Origin: Macrostomum lignano
Taxonomy: Eukaryota
Assembly (NCBI GenBank): GCA_002269645.1
Contig: NIVC01000522.1
Location: 62,001 to 126,000 of the forward strand
Direction of reading: 5' to 3'
DNA length: 64,000 bases
Positions 14,258-24,324 of this stretch are shown piece by piece. Both the position numbers and the translations under genes were made by a program. The notes beneath the pieces were generated by a model. The model searched no databases and was not told the DNA's origin. It was given only the letters and a program-made list of their open reading frames with translations. Every line of letters begins with the position of its first letter. Position 1 is the first letter of the stretch.

Positions 14258-17200
14258 CAATGCTAAGTGCTAAGTGCAATGGTACACTGTACAGCCATGC
14301 ACGTGTTGAAATAATTTTGCAATGGGGTTGATATAATTTAGTGCATATGCATATCTATTGTAAAGTATTTTTATGTATCAATTGAATCTCAGCACTTTTT
14401 ATGATATATCCGGCATTCTTGAATATTATTGTGTTATTATTTAGTCAGTATTTATTCAGTAGTGAGTTTCCTATTTCCACGATATTTACTGTACATACTT
14501 TATTACTATTGTTTTACTGTATGTTAATTCTTATCGTATTTGAAATGCAAATGTACTATGTTTGGTGTTGGGTTTTTTCTAGGCGCTGTAGAAGTTGTAG
14601 AGAGTAGCGTAGTTTCCAGAATTTAAGTCCATCTAGTCTAGTTTAAATAATAAATCTAATTACTTTTATCATAAATAGATTATACAAATAAATATGAATT
14701 AAATTAAGGCGCATTGTACCCACCAAACAAGGACACATTCATTCAACCATCTGTCATCACAACAAATATTCTTTTTGAATTGTTTGACTTCAAGAAGTTT
14801 ATTTTACATTGGCAACCACACCAGCAAAGAGCAGCTAGATCTGAGCATTATAGTGAAGTCAAGTATATTCATTGTTGCCTATTCTACTGTGAATTATCAA
14901 GACAATATTATTTTTTGGTCAACTACCATTACCAATAATATTAATCTGCTTTCTGCTTATCAAACAACTGATCTTCTTTTGGACATAATTGCTATTATAA
15001 ATTATTTTTTTCTTGCTTGACTAGGTTTCAATAAAATTCAGCCTTAGGATTATCAATAGTTGATATAATTAATGTCAACAAATAAGTCCTTTTTTTGGCT
15101 CAAACTTCAAAGAATTATATTATTGACTATTAAAAAAGAGCCTTCTTCAGACCTATCAGGACCTATTGGTATCATCATTATCAACTAATTCATTGATTGA
15201 TTGTCACCAATATGCCACCAAATAAGGTAGGTAGGCCTAGTGCCTACAGGCAAATTGGCAAAATCAAAATGTGCTCCAATTAGCAAACCAAAGACGAGGT
15301 CAACTAGTACTACAAAGAAAAAACCAAATAGTTATCAAAGCCAGCAGGTTCCATCATCATCAGATGCCAGTGGACCCTTATTATCTAAAAGTGCTGAGAT
15401 TCAATTGATACATAAAAATACTTTACACTATCTAAAATACTATCGGGTGTCAGGCATGGTTTTCTATGGTCTGCAGTCTTATCGCCTCGAGTGAGTGATG
15501 CTAATCTACAACTGTACTGTACAGCACAGCACAGAGCCCAAATCACGTTGCGTTGCGTTTTCAGGGATGCGCGCCAGTGCCTGCTGATCAGCCCGCTGTA
15601 CCACAAGCTCGGCAGCTGGTTGAGCTCTAACAATTCTAAACCTGTCACATGGGTTTTTCACTTTAAATATATTGCCGCTGAGGCCTAAAATTGAAATTTA
15701 TACACAACCTACAGGCAAATTAAAGTTAAATACTATTTTCTCAAGTATTTTTGCAGAAAAAAAATGCACAGTCTAAAGTTGTATTTTCAGTTTTGCTTTA
15801 CCATTTAAAAATTCTGCCGGCTTAGAAACGTTAATATATTAATGTATTAGCAACGCCTAATCTTAATCTTAATCTTAATATCCCTATATACATACACTCA
15901 ACAGGATCAGCGTCAGTGCTATACGTGTATATATAGGGACGCATGATTAAACGCGCATTTTTAACTGGTCTCAGTGACACCAGCGCGAACTGGCACGCGC
16001 AAATATTCTAGACGCATCAATCTGAATTGCTGCAGCTACATGCTGCAGTTAGCATAATATGACATAGGCGTATTCTCTCCCATAAAGTCAGTGCAGTTCT
16101 CGCTGGGTGTGGTTGGGTGGGGGTGGAACCGCAATCTTAGCCAATGAAGCTAGCTTATATTATATGTTACGAAGGCTAGGTAGTATAAAGCAGTCAATCC
16201 AATGTAATGCGAACTACATGTACATTGAAGATGCACAATGAAGTGCATTGTAAATTCACTTAATAGTTATAGCTCATACTCGTACTATGCCTACCGGTAT
16301 TAGCGTTTCCCTGTTATTGCCCCATTCATTTATGTCTATGGCTACAACCTTATAACCCAGTTGTTATTGCCTTCCCCCAGCGTGTCTCCTCTCTCTAAGC
16401 GACTCGTCCGCACGAAGCTACTTGTATTGCGGCGCAAGGTTAAAAAGTGAAAGATTACGCGACATAGCAATCAAATATAAAGCACAGGATCACAAGACAA
16501 AGACATAACACTCAACAACTGAGGGAAAGAGTGTGTGTGGCTGCTGCAGTCCGAGGCTGCTGGTTTCACTTCTGCCAGGCTGTCGTCGGCAAGTTTAAGA
16601 CATATGTGGTCTTCAGCCGTTCATCAGCCGCAGTGCTTCGGACCAGCAGAGAGTAAGACAGTGGCTGCTGAAGTTTCTGGCCGTACCGCTGGTTCCCGGG
16701 GATGAGATCGCCAGTGCTGTCCACGTTCTGGAATCGTTGCCGGTCGGCTGTCAGGAGAAGTACACCGCTCTGTCCCGCGTTAATAACTTACTACTGTCCA
16801 TCGGGCGCACAAACTGCGATATTGAGTCCTTAACCACCGGGGGCCTACATGTAGCTGTCACGACTGATAAAGACCGCACACCCAAATTTAATTGTGGGTC
16901 TACCTTGACTGCCTCATGAAAGCAATTAAAACACACTGCACGGGCAAGACTTGCTAAAGGTCGGAGGGAGTGCACAAAGTTCGGCGACTTAAACACAAGT
17001 CGTTGCTGCAGTCGAAGAGACTGTTCGACGCACAAGAAAAGTTGCGGCTGCGCCTTATCCAAGCCCTGTCGAGTTTCTGACACCTAGAAGGTTACCTAGA
17101 AGGTGGTGTGGACACTGTTCGCCCGGCCTCAGAGCAGCCACTGCCGGACCATCAGCTGCTGCAGCCAGTGCCTTAGACTAGAGTTACAGTAGGGCTGAGA

Positions 17201-17437
17201 CAAAGCCGTATAGAGAAAATAAAGCTTCCTGACTTTGTGCCGGACCATCAGCCAAGGACAACTTAAGTAGTAGAATTGGACGCTACACTCGAAATCCATG
17301 GTAAATGTTTTGAAGGCAACCTTTCGCCGAAAAATACACTACAGAGATAGGAGGTTTTAATTTTTTCAGCACAAATATTGTTATTGATTTTGATAAGGAG
17401 GCAGATCCAGTGTTCATCTTTTGATATGTTGTGCCTT

Positions 17438-18271
17438 ACTACGTATCGTGCAGATTGTTGTCGATTTTGGAGGTGAGGTGGGTGTCAGAGCCAATGGAAA
17501 TTCAACGCCTATCTAAATACATTAGACCTCTTCTAATTGGTCCAGACCCTGTAAGTCATTATGTGAGACATTTATGCATGTAACTCTCGTGTAAATCTAA
17601 TTATACATGTAATCAGTGTACACTGTGTCGTACAGAAGCGACGAGTACAATATAGTACGCATAATTAGCGCTTCACCGTAGCAGTTGTTGTACGCAGAAG
17701 CGCGCGCGCCCCCATCCCCACACAATGCAGCATTGGTGTACGCAGAATTAACTGTCCATATTAACTGTCCATATACCAAAAATTGGCAGAATTAACGTGC
17801 GCCGACCCACCTGATAACTGTCCATATTATTACTTGTCCATATTTACTGTCCATCCCAAAATTGGTGTACGCGCAGAATTGTAGCGCCCGCCCACCCCAT
17901 AGCTGTTCGATCATACCCAAAATTGATGTACGCGCAGAATTGTAGCGCCCGCCCACCCCATAGCTGTTCGATCATACCCAAAAGTGATGTACGCGCGGAA
18001 TTGTAGCGCCCACCCATCCAAGAAAATATTCTGTCGCCCCTCACAATTAATTGGCGGCGCCACGCGGAGGCATGATGAGTCAGCCGCTGTAAATCGCTGC
18101 TATCCACCCCTCTGCTGCAGCCTGTTATTTCCACTCACACCATTCTCCATCCCTCTAGAATTCTGTCCTCCGTAGCCACTCCGGGGCAATTACGCCATAC
18201 CCAACCCCTCCCTCAGAGCCAAATAAGTTTTCAAAAGGTGTATATATATTTACACAAAAAGCCGGCCGAGC
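17438..18271 (+). repeat. Left terminal inverted repeat (834 bp)
   Basis: Begins ACTACGTATCG. Reverse complement of 26709-27391 apart from about five substitutions and a roughly 150-bp expansion. Confidence 0.95.
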
Positions 18272-18287
18272 TTTGATACGTATATAC

Positions 18288-18761
18288 TTATTTAGCATAC
18301 ACAATTGGGTGACGACCCAAAACGATTGAATAATAGCGAGCAGGAGCATTTTGCAAACCCTTTGCAAACAGGTTTTGCACAAGATACCAAAGTCGGAACC
18401 CCACGTGGGAGACTTTGCGCGTGAAAAAAGTTGTAAAAGCGCCACTCTTTTCCATGGCATGCATTTGGTCATCGACGACAAGCAGAATATTTGGTTCAGG
18501 GACATATTGTTCAGGATCAAATGTACACGAACGAAAATTTACAGGGTACGGCAATTCAAACAGTTCAGGATCTGGATAGTGGCCAAACCACTCTACGCGA
18601 ATCGGCTTCGGATCTTGAAAAAACTCTTGTCTCAATAGGTTTTTCACAAGTGTGGTCTTGCCGCTTTGAGCCACCCCAGCAAAAATTGCCGACGTTTTGG
18701 GGGCAAATTTTAAAGAGTCGGGGTCTATTGTTTGATACATTTTGATAGGCTGCCCAATCAT
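18288..18761 (-). CDS. A32/FtsK-like DNA packaging ATPase, probably C-terminally truncated
   Basis: Walker A GVAQSGKT, Walker B LLVVDD and the LVQNLF motif. Only 157 aa, and the stop lies 17 bp from the inner edge of the TIR. Confidence 0.85.
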   Translation of the reverse strand: MIGQPIKMYQTIDPDSLKFAPKTSAIFAGVAQSGKTTLVKNLLRQEFFQDPKPIRVEWFGHYPDPELFELPYPVNFRSCTFDPEQYVPEPNILLVVDDQMHAMEKSGAFTTFFTRKVSHVGFRLWYLVQNLFAKGLQNAPARYYSIVLGRHPIVYAK

Positions 18762-18769
18762 GCATATAT

Positions 18770-19219
18770 TTATGGATGATGCTGCTTTATTTGTAGACAG
18801 TGATTCTGCACCATCAAGTCGTTCTCATAAAGATTTGTTCTATAACAGTCGCGCAATATTTTTTCAATTGACAGACCCTCCAGAAAGTGTTTTTCAGCCA
18901 CAAATATTACATTAGCCCCGCAGGTCACACTTAGCTGATGCTGTACAGGATGCCGGTTCATGGCCACCTCCGCGGAGACATACTTTGCGATCCACAACTT
19001 TAATAAATCTGGCACAGGATCGATACACAAGGGGTCAAAAAATGTCACGCTCTCATCGGCATGAAGACAAATTAAAGCCCAGTGAGTGCCTGGTAGATTG
19101 CCAGTGTCAAAGTTAATCACGTATGCAGCAGGATAAACAGGCTGCGGAATCCTGTCAACTGGTGTTAATCGAACAGGGACAGGTAGTAGTAGACGTTCTA
19201 ATATATCTAGACTATTCAT
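18770..19219 (-). CDS. Adenain/Ulp1-like cysteine protease (maturation protease), in frame with the major capsid protein
   Basis: Own ATG (MNSLDI), then INFDTGNLPGTHW (His), FFDP (Asp) and QHQLSVTCGA (Gln, Cys). Confidence 0.9.
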   Translation of the reverse strand: MNSLDILERLLLPVPVRLTPVDRIPQPVYPAAYVINFDTGNLPGTHWALICLHADESVTFFDPLCIDPVPDLLKLWIAKYVSAEVAMNRHPVQHQLSVTCGANVIFVAEKHFLEGLSIEKILRDCYRTNLYENDLMVQNHCLQIKQHHP

Positions 19220-19276
19220 ATTGGCATGAATATGGCCGTTATTCGGGAATAAAAAAAAAGATGTTTGTTTCTGCAC

Positions 19277-20554
19277 GTAGTCTAGAATAACCTGACGACC
19301 GCGAGTGATTTGCACAGTATTGTCAAAGTAGCCAAACACCAACACGTTGATTCCTGCGGCCAAGGCAGCAGAAAACTTTATTTGTAGCGTCAGATTCCCT
19401 CGCTCGCGAGGCATGCTATGCCCGCCCAGCTCCATGTCGGGCATGAGATTCCAGGCGAAGAAGCAGTAGCCAGCTCCATAGTCGGAATATGATACGTCAA
19501 TATCCAGGTCCCGATTCATCTTTCCTAGGCTTTTTAGTAGCATGGCATACTCGCGAGCATAGTTATAAACACCGAATCGAGGAGTAAACGGTTGTCCACA
19601 CAGACTGACTCCGTCCTTATACAGAGCGACACTGTCTGCCCCAAACGGTTCAAAATTAAACGGGTTATGTGTAGCCACACCGTTGTATGCGCCGCTGTTC
19701 ACCATGCCAACAACCACTAGTTTAGGCTTTTGTTCAGGAAATATATTATTGATTGACATGTCCCGAACACCGCCAGCCACTGAAGTATTGTACACAACAA
19801 GTCGCTCAATCGGATAGATTGCATTCTGTTTGCCTAGTTGTTCTTCAATCTCCAAAGCCAGTTGAGGGTTTGCCTTGACGCGGCGCACATGTAGTTTGGC
19901 ACTCTCGAGTACCAGCCGCGCATCAACCCCGTCCGCGTGGCTTTCCAGAACGAAGCCGGAATTGTGCATGGTCAGCGTAATTACCATATCAGTGTATGGC
20001 AGTAGCATTCGGTCGTTGGTAACAAAAAAGTCTAAACTAAGAGGTCCATAAAGGTGAAAGGTGCGTGAGTTTGCCGCCATCGCCTTGCGGGCTACAAAGC
20101 CAGGATTTCCAACCACAGCCATTTGACCTCCAGCGTCCTTTGCGTAGCCCATCATTCTCAGTTGGTTCGTTTTTGAATCGTGTCCGTAATTCAAACACGT
20201 GCGAATATAGGCCTTGTAAGCGTGGTTGTTATTGCTCGACTCTACGTGTGTCCCGTTGATTGTCAACGTGACGTTTTTAAACATGCTTTCAAGGACGTAA
20301 TTGACCGGCGCAACATTCGAATCAGCAGCAAGATTTGTGCCATTAGATTGCCTAACGCGGGCCTTAATCTCGAGGTCAATGTCGTTAAGATCGATAAACG
20401 TCTCACCACCAACAATCCTAAATTCGACCACGCTGGCATTTTCAACACTGGCAACAGGGTGAACTTCTTCAGTGGTGGCGCTAATTGCAGCAATTTGGTG
20501 TGCGCGAGGAGCAAATAGCTCGAATTCCGACTTTGTACACAGGCACTCAGTCAT
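19277..20554 (-). CDS. Polinton double jelly-roll major capsid protein (reads through into the protease)
   Basis: About 426 aa with Polinton-type MCP features: EFELF..., SVVEFRI, FIDLNDIDL, PVNYVLESMF, NPFNF, and C-terminal FDNTVQITRGRQVILDY. No stop before the protease. Confidence 0.85.
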
Positions 20555-20620
20555 TTTTCTTTCAACAGCGGCTTAGTGTGGTGCTCTAATAGACAGATCA
20601 GTTATTGGCACGGGTTTTTT

Positions 20621-20629
20621 TATTTATAG
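20621..20629 (-). promoter_or_regulatory. CTATAAATA box upstream of the major capsid gene
   Basis: One of six (C/T)TATAAATA boxes on the coding strand of the element; 67 nt before the ATG. Confidence 0.55.
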
Positions 20630-20965
20630 AGTCGAAAATATCAGAATGCTGCAGTCTTTTTCTCGTTTTTTGTTAGTCATCTTTCTTCGTCTTTGTCTGC
20701 CGCTACCTCGTTGTGCGACTGTGTCCTTGAAAGCATCTTTAGCTGCCTGGACAGAGTTACGCAATGCTGCTTCTTTCAAGTTCCCGCCTTGATCGAGTGT
20801 GTCGCTAACTGTTGTAGCTAGGGTTCGTGTTCCGTGGCGAAGAATATTTTTGCCAAAACTCTTTAAAATTGGCAGGGCAAATCGGGCAATGCTGCCAAAC
20901 AGGCCGTTGCCGCGCTGTGCACCGGAAAATACCGATAAACCTCCTCCGATCAAGATTGAAGGCAT
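20624..20965 (-). CDS. Small basic Polinton virion/core-like protein
   Basis: QRGNGLFGSIARFALPILK and QRGSG motifs, an amphipathic helix and an Arg/Lys-rich tail, typical of the small ORF found next to Polinton capsid genes. Confidence 0.65.
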   Translation of the reverse strand: MPSILIGGGLSVFSGAQRGNGLFGSIARFALPILKSFGKNILRHGTRTLATTVSDTLDQGGNLKEAALRNSVQAAKDAFKDTVAQRGSGRQRRRKMTNKKREKDCSILIFSTL

Positions 20966-21006
20966 ATTGTCAATCAGTTGCTACATTTTATTCGTGAAAA
21001 CTTCTT

Positions 21007-21015
21007 TATTTATAG
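21007..21015 (-). promoter_or_regulatory. CTATAAATA box upstream of the 113-aa core-like gene
   Basis: 42 nt before the ATG; overlaps the penton stop codon. Confidence 0.55.
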
Positions 21016-22163
21016 CTTAATTTCACGAATGTTGATCGATAAAACAGTTTTGCCTCGAAGAATCCGATCCATTAACTTGCCCATATCGTCACAGATTTGC
21101 ACCTCAATGGTTTTGAATGGGTGTTTCACCAACGGTAAGTAGGATGGATTGACAAACTCGTAGTACTCTCGTTCGCCGTATACCTTTTCATTCAAAGGAA
21201 TTGCCCCAAGCAGGGGGACTTTGACGTCTCCAACAATGGCAGAGTCGACAATATTTGAATAGATTACATAGTTTGTACACCATTTGTTAAATCGATTGGT
21301 CGTTTAGCGGTCTTTGGAGTTTCATTGAAAACATCTTCGCGAAAGCCGAGAATGGCAGCAAGCTCTCCAATGTCGAATAAAATGTTTTCAATTGGTTTGT
21401 ACTCACACCGGTTCAGAAAAGGGTTGTAGCGGAATGCATCCACTCTCGTCGCTGGACTTATTGGGAGCTTTGAAACGACGCCCCAAAGCGCTCCATTAAC
21501 ATAATTTAAGAGCTCATCGGGCGTGCGGTAGAATCCTTTAGCAATCCGCAGTGACGTTCTAGAAGGCCAGACACTCTTTTCAAACGTTAGAGTCATCGGA
21601 CTCTCTATGGAGGAGGAGGACTCCAATTCTATAGCGAATACTAACGAATTTCTTGGGTTTAATAAAAAAGTCGTTACTTCGATATTTGATTTATTTCCAG
21701 CGTCATCAACTTTTTAAAACATGCTACGCACATTACTGGACAGCCTAATGTTCGCACCATACCATGATTTGTTCACAATTGAAATTTGGCCTTCCTGTGA
21801 ACGCTCAATGCAAATCATCGCATTATCGTCTTGCTCATATTTTAGAGCGGCGATGATTGCATCAACCACTTCGTTGGCTGTTGATAGCCCCGCGGCGAGA
21901 GAAACCGACGCAAACTGTTTATACGTGGAGGCGGGTTTTTCTCTCACCTCAATGTCAATCACTTCATCCTCGGGAGCGTTGGTCAGGACATCAACCATTC
22001 GATTATCGGGGACGGTTTTGAATTCTTTACAAAAGTAGATCCGTTCGATGCAGACTTCATGATTCGGAAAGTGGAGGGTGTCGGGCAAATTAATGCTATA
22101 ATGTGCCGAATTATTCTCAGGATAGTGCTCAACGCACGCATTGCTAGGTAGGAATAGATGCAT
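21010..22163 (-). pseudogene. Minor capsid protein (penton, single jelly-roll), disrupted
   Basis: N-terminal LFLPSNA..YPEN..LP and C-terminal IVGDVKVPLL..P.Y.P..F.TIEVQI.D..G motifs. In-frame TAA at 21716-21714 and a 1-nt frameshift near 21265 (ATG TA- ATC TAT). Confidence 0.8.
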
Positions 22164-22197
22164 TGTAATATACTACACGTTTCGAGTGTATGTGTGT

Positions 22198-23250
22198 TCA
22201 TCCTTGTCTTATATTTATAACTTCCTCAACTGGTACAAATGCATTGAACGACTCGGGATAGCCGCGCCAACTAACGAAACGATGAGCAACACCATTGATG
22301 ACGACATTGCGACGCAGAATTTTGTCTATAACAAAGCGGTCCGGTCGAACCGTCTTTGAAAGTTCATTATAGTAGAATCGACCCTCGATTTGTTCTCCAG
22401 ATAGGTCGGAAATGCGATAAAAATGAGGCGGTCCTGGGCATACTTGAGACACAACGTAAACTTCTTCGCTGTACATATCGTATGCTTCCTTGTCAAAGGC
22501 TCGACGAGATTTTGAAATTCTGACAAAGTCCCCTTTTTGGTAAACTGGTTCATCATATTCAGGATCCTTGTAGAGTTTTTCCCACAATTCTTTTTGATTG
22601 TGCAGACCGACACTCGAAGGTTTCATATCAATAGTAGAGTGTACTGTGTTGTTGTAACTTTTAACCAATATTGGCAAATAGTCGATCCAACGCCACGCGT
22701 TTTTATGCTCAAAGTAGCGAGCTAAACGTTTTCGGAGAGTCCTAATCAGCCTTTCAGAGTTTGTACTGTACATTTTGATATTATGGGCTTTCAGTAAGTT
22801 CTACATGCGATTTTTATAAAACTCTGTACCTCGATCAACGTGTAGATATAAAGGCTTAATGGGGAAGTCTTTGATCATGCTTTCAAAAGCCTTTGGAGTG
22901 TCGCTTTTCAATTTTATTGGCTGGCAAAAAGCCAATTTGCTAAGCACGTCAATTGCAACTAGAATATATCGATGACCATCATTCCATTGTTCGTATCGCG
23001 ACATGTCCATCAAATCCGCTTGCACGGTTTCCATGAAGCCTCCCGACATTACTTTTCCGGTTCGGAATTTTCTTTTAACCCTCTTGTGCCGGGTGTAGCT
23101 CGATTGGGTCTTCAGCCATTCGTCGGTTTGGTGTCTCGTCAGGGAGGGGACCAGCCGTTTGGCCTCCTGATATACACGGGCAGCATTTGTAAAAGCGGCG
23201 TCCCCCTGTTCGTACACTCTCCGAAGAGCGGTTTTCACCCTCATTCGCAA
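22198..23250 (-). pseudogene. Retroviral-type (RVE) integrase with C-terminal chromodomain, disrupted
   Basis: QADL and AIDVLSK (D), VDRGTEF (D), SERLIRTL (E), YNNTVHSTI and a chromodomain (VSWRGYPESFNAFV). In-frame TAG at 22803-22801 and an apparent deletion of about 7 codons before the ER motif. Confidence 0.9.
22212..22220 (-). promoter_or_regulatory. TTATAAATA box upstream of the penton gene
   Basis: 49 nt before the ATG, inside the end of the integrase ORF. Confidence 0.5.
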
Positions 23251-23378
23251 CTAGAGTCGATGCACAGCATGAGTAATTACACTTGAACTCCACAGACGGT
23301 TTGTCTGAGCAAAGCTTTGAAGTTACAGCTGCAGCACCCATGATCCAAAAACAGATTATATATCATGAAAATGATTTC

Positions 23379-23387
23379 TATTTATAG
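23379..23387 (-). promoter_or_regulatory. CTATAAATA box upstream of the integrase
   Basis: Overlaps the stop of the upstream ORF; 129 nt before the integrase ATG. Confidence 0.45.
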
Positions 23388-24060
23388 TTTTTTTAACGTC
23401 TCGTATTTTACTGCTGGTTTCTGCCGCCTCTTTGGTTCGCGAAGTTGGTATGAAGCATGCCTGTAGGCATCGCTGCCACGATCTTCATATTTTTTGATTT
23501 CATTCAGGCCACTGGCTTGGTCTTTGTGGAAGTCGTTGTAGAAATCATTAGTTCCAATTGCTTGCTCGACTAAAAAATCGTCTCGATCCGGATCCGTGCC
23601 GACTTCTTTTTTCACACTGACTTCTTCTTGTTGGCGTCGTCCTAGTAGAGCTTTTGCAATATCTGCCTCTTCGGCCAGGGCCCAAAAAGCGGTACTATAT
23701 TTTGGGCTTGGGCGGTCGCGCCTTTCATTCGATGTAATCTCCTTCAGTAGATCGAAAATATTGCTTCCTGGCCAGGTTTTTCCATCAAATACAATTTCCC
23801 ACGACTTGTTGTACTCCAAATTTGGGGTATGGATTTTCTGTCAGCATGTCCCAAACACGTTGTTGTCGTTCAGGAAAACGATTACTCTTCTTTTGCTTGA
23901 TCTGACTTAGTTTATTTTGGAGTTGAGTGTTGTATTCAATGAGTTTTTCATATTCTGTTTTGGATGCAATTTCTCGGGGTGCGCCTTGACTTAGTCTATT
24001 AAATTCTTCTTCTGGTACAACAACGTATTTATTCATTTTAGCGACCGAGTAGTCCGCCAA
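23382..24060 (-). pseudogene. Conserved Polinton uncharacterised protein, split by a frameshift
   Basis: The MNKYVVVPEEEF N-terminus (23785-24060) and WEIVFDGKTWPGSNIFDLL (23382-23819) lie in overlapping frames that switch around CCCCAAATTT near 23820. Confidence 0.6.
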
Positions 24061-24277
24061 ACAGGCTTGATATTAGCGGTGCAGCAACAGATGCAAGGAT
24101 GGGTAGAAAGCCACCGACTTGAGGATTCGAGAGAAGCATATTCTTCTTCCTATTTATAGACAATTTTGTGTCTGCCAATTCACGCAACGATCTTCTGTAT
24201 CGCTTTAATCGCAGATACTGTTTCGGAGAAAGATCGATATTATAGACAATTTCATAGCAGCTTGTACGTACATACAA
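24038..24277 (-). CDS. Small protein with a pX-like GG^FLP amphipathic C-terminus
   Basis: Basic N-terminal half followed by QVGGFLPILASVAAPLISSLFGG, resembling the adenain-cleaved C-terminus of adenovirus pX. Confidence 0.6.
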   Translation of the reverse strand: MYVRTSCYEIVYNIDLSPKQYLRLKRYRRSLRELADTKLSINRKKNMLLSNPQVGGFLPILASVAAPLISSLFGGLLGR

Positions 24278-24324
24278 ATTCGGTACAGTGGTAAAGCAGT
24301 AAAGTTACGCAACAGCTACATGGA

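Noticed and set aside
17844-18175. Short ORFs within the TIRs (mirrored at 26846-27232)
   Set aside because: Non-ATG starts, repeat-derived, and no motifs.
23277-23366. 29-aa Cys-containing ORF (MIYNLFLDHGCCSC...) upstream of the integrase
   Set aside because: Its ATG is only 13 nt after the TATA box and so probably upstream of the TSS; no other support.
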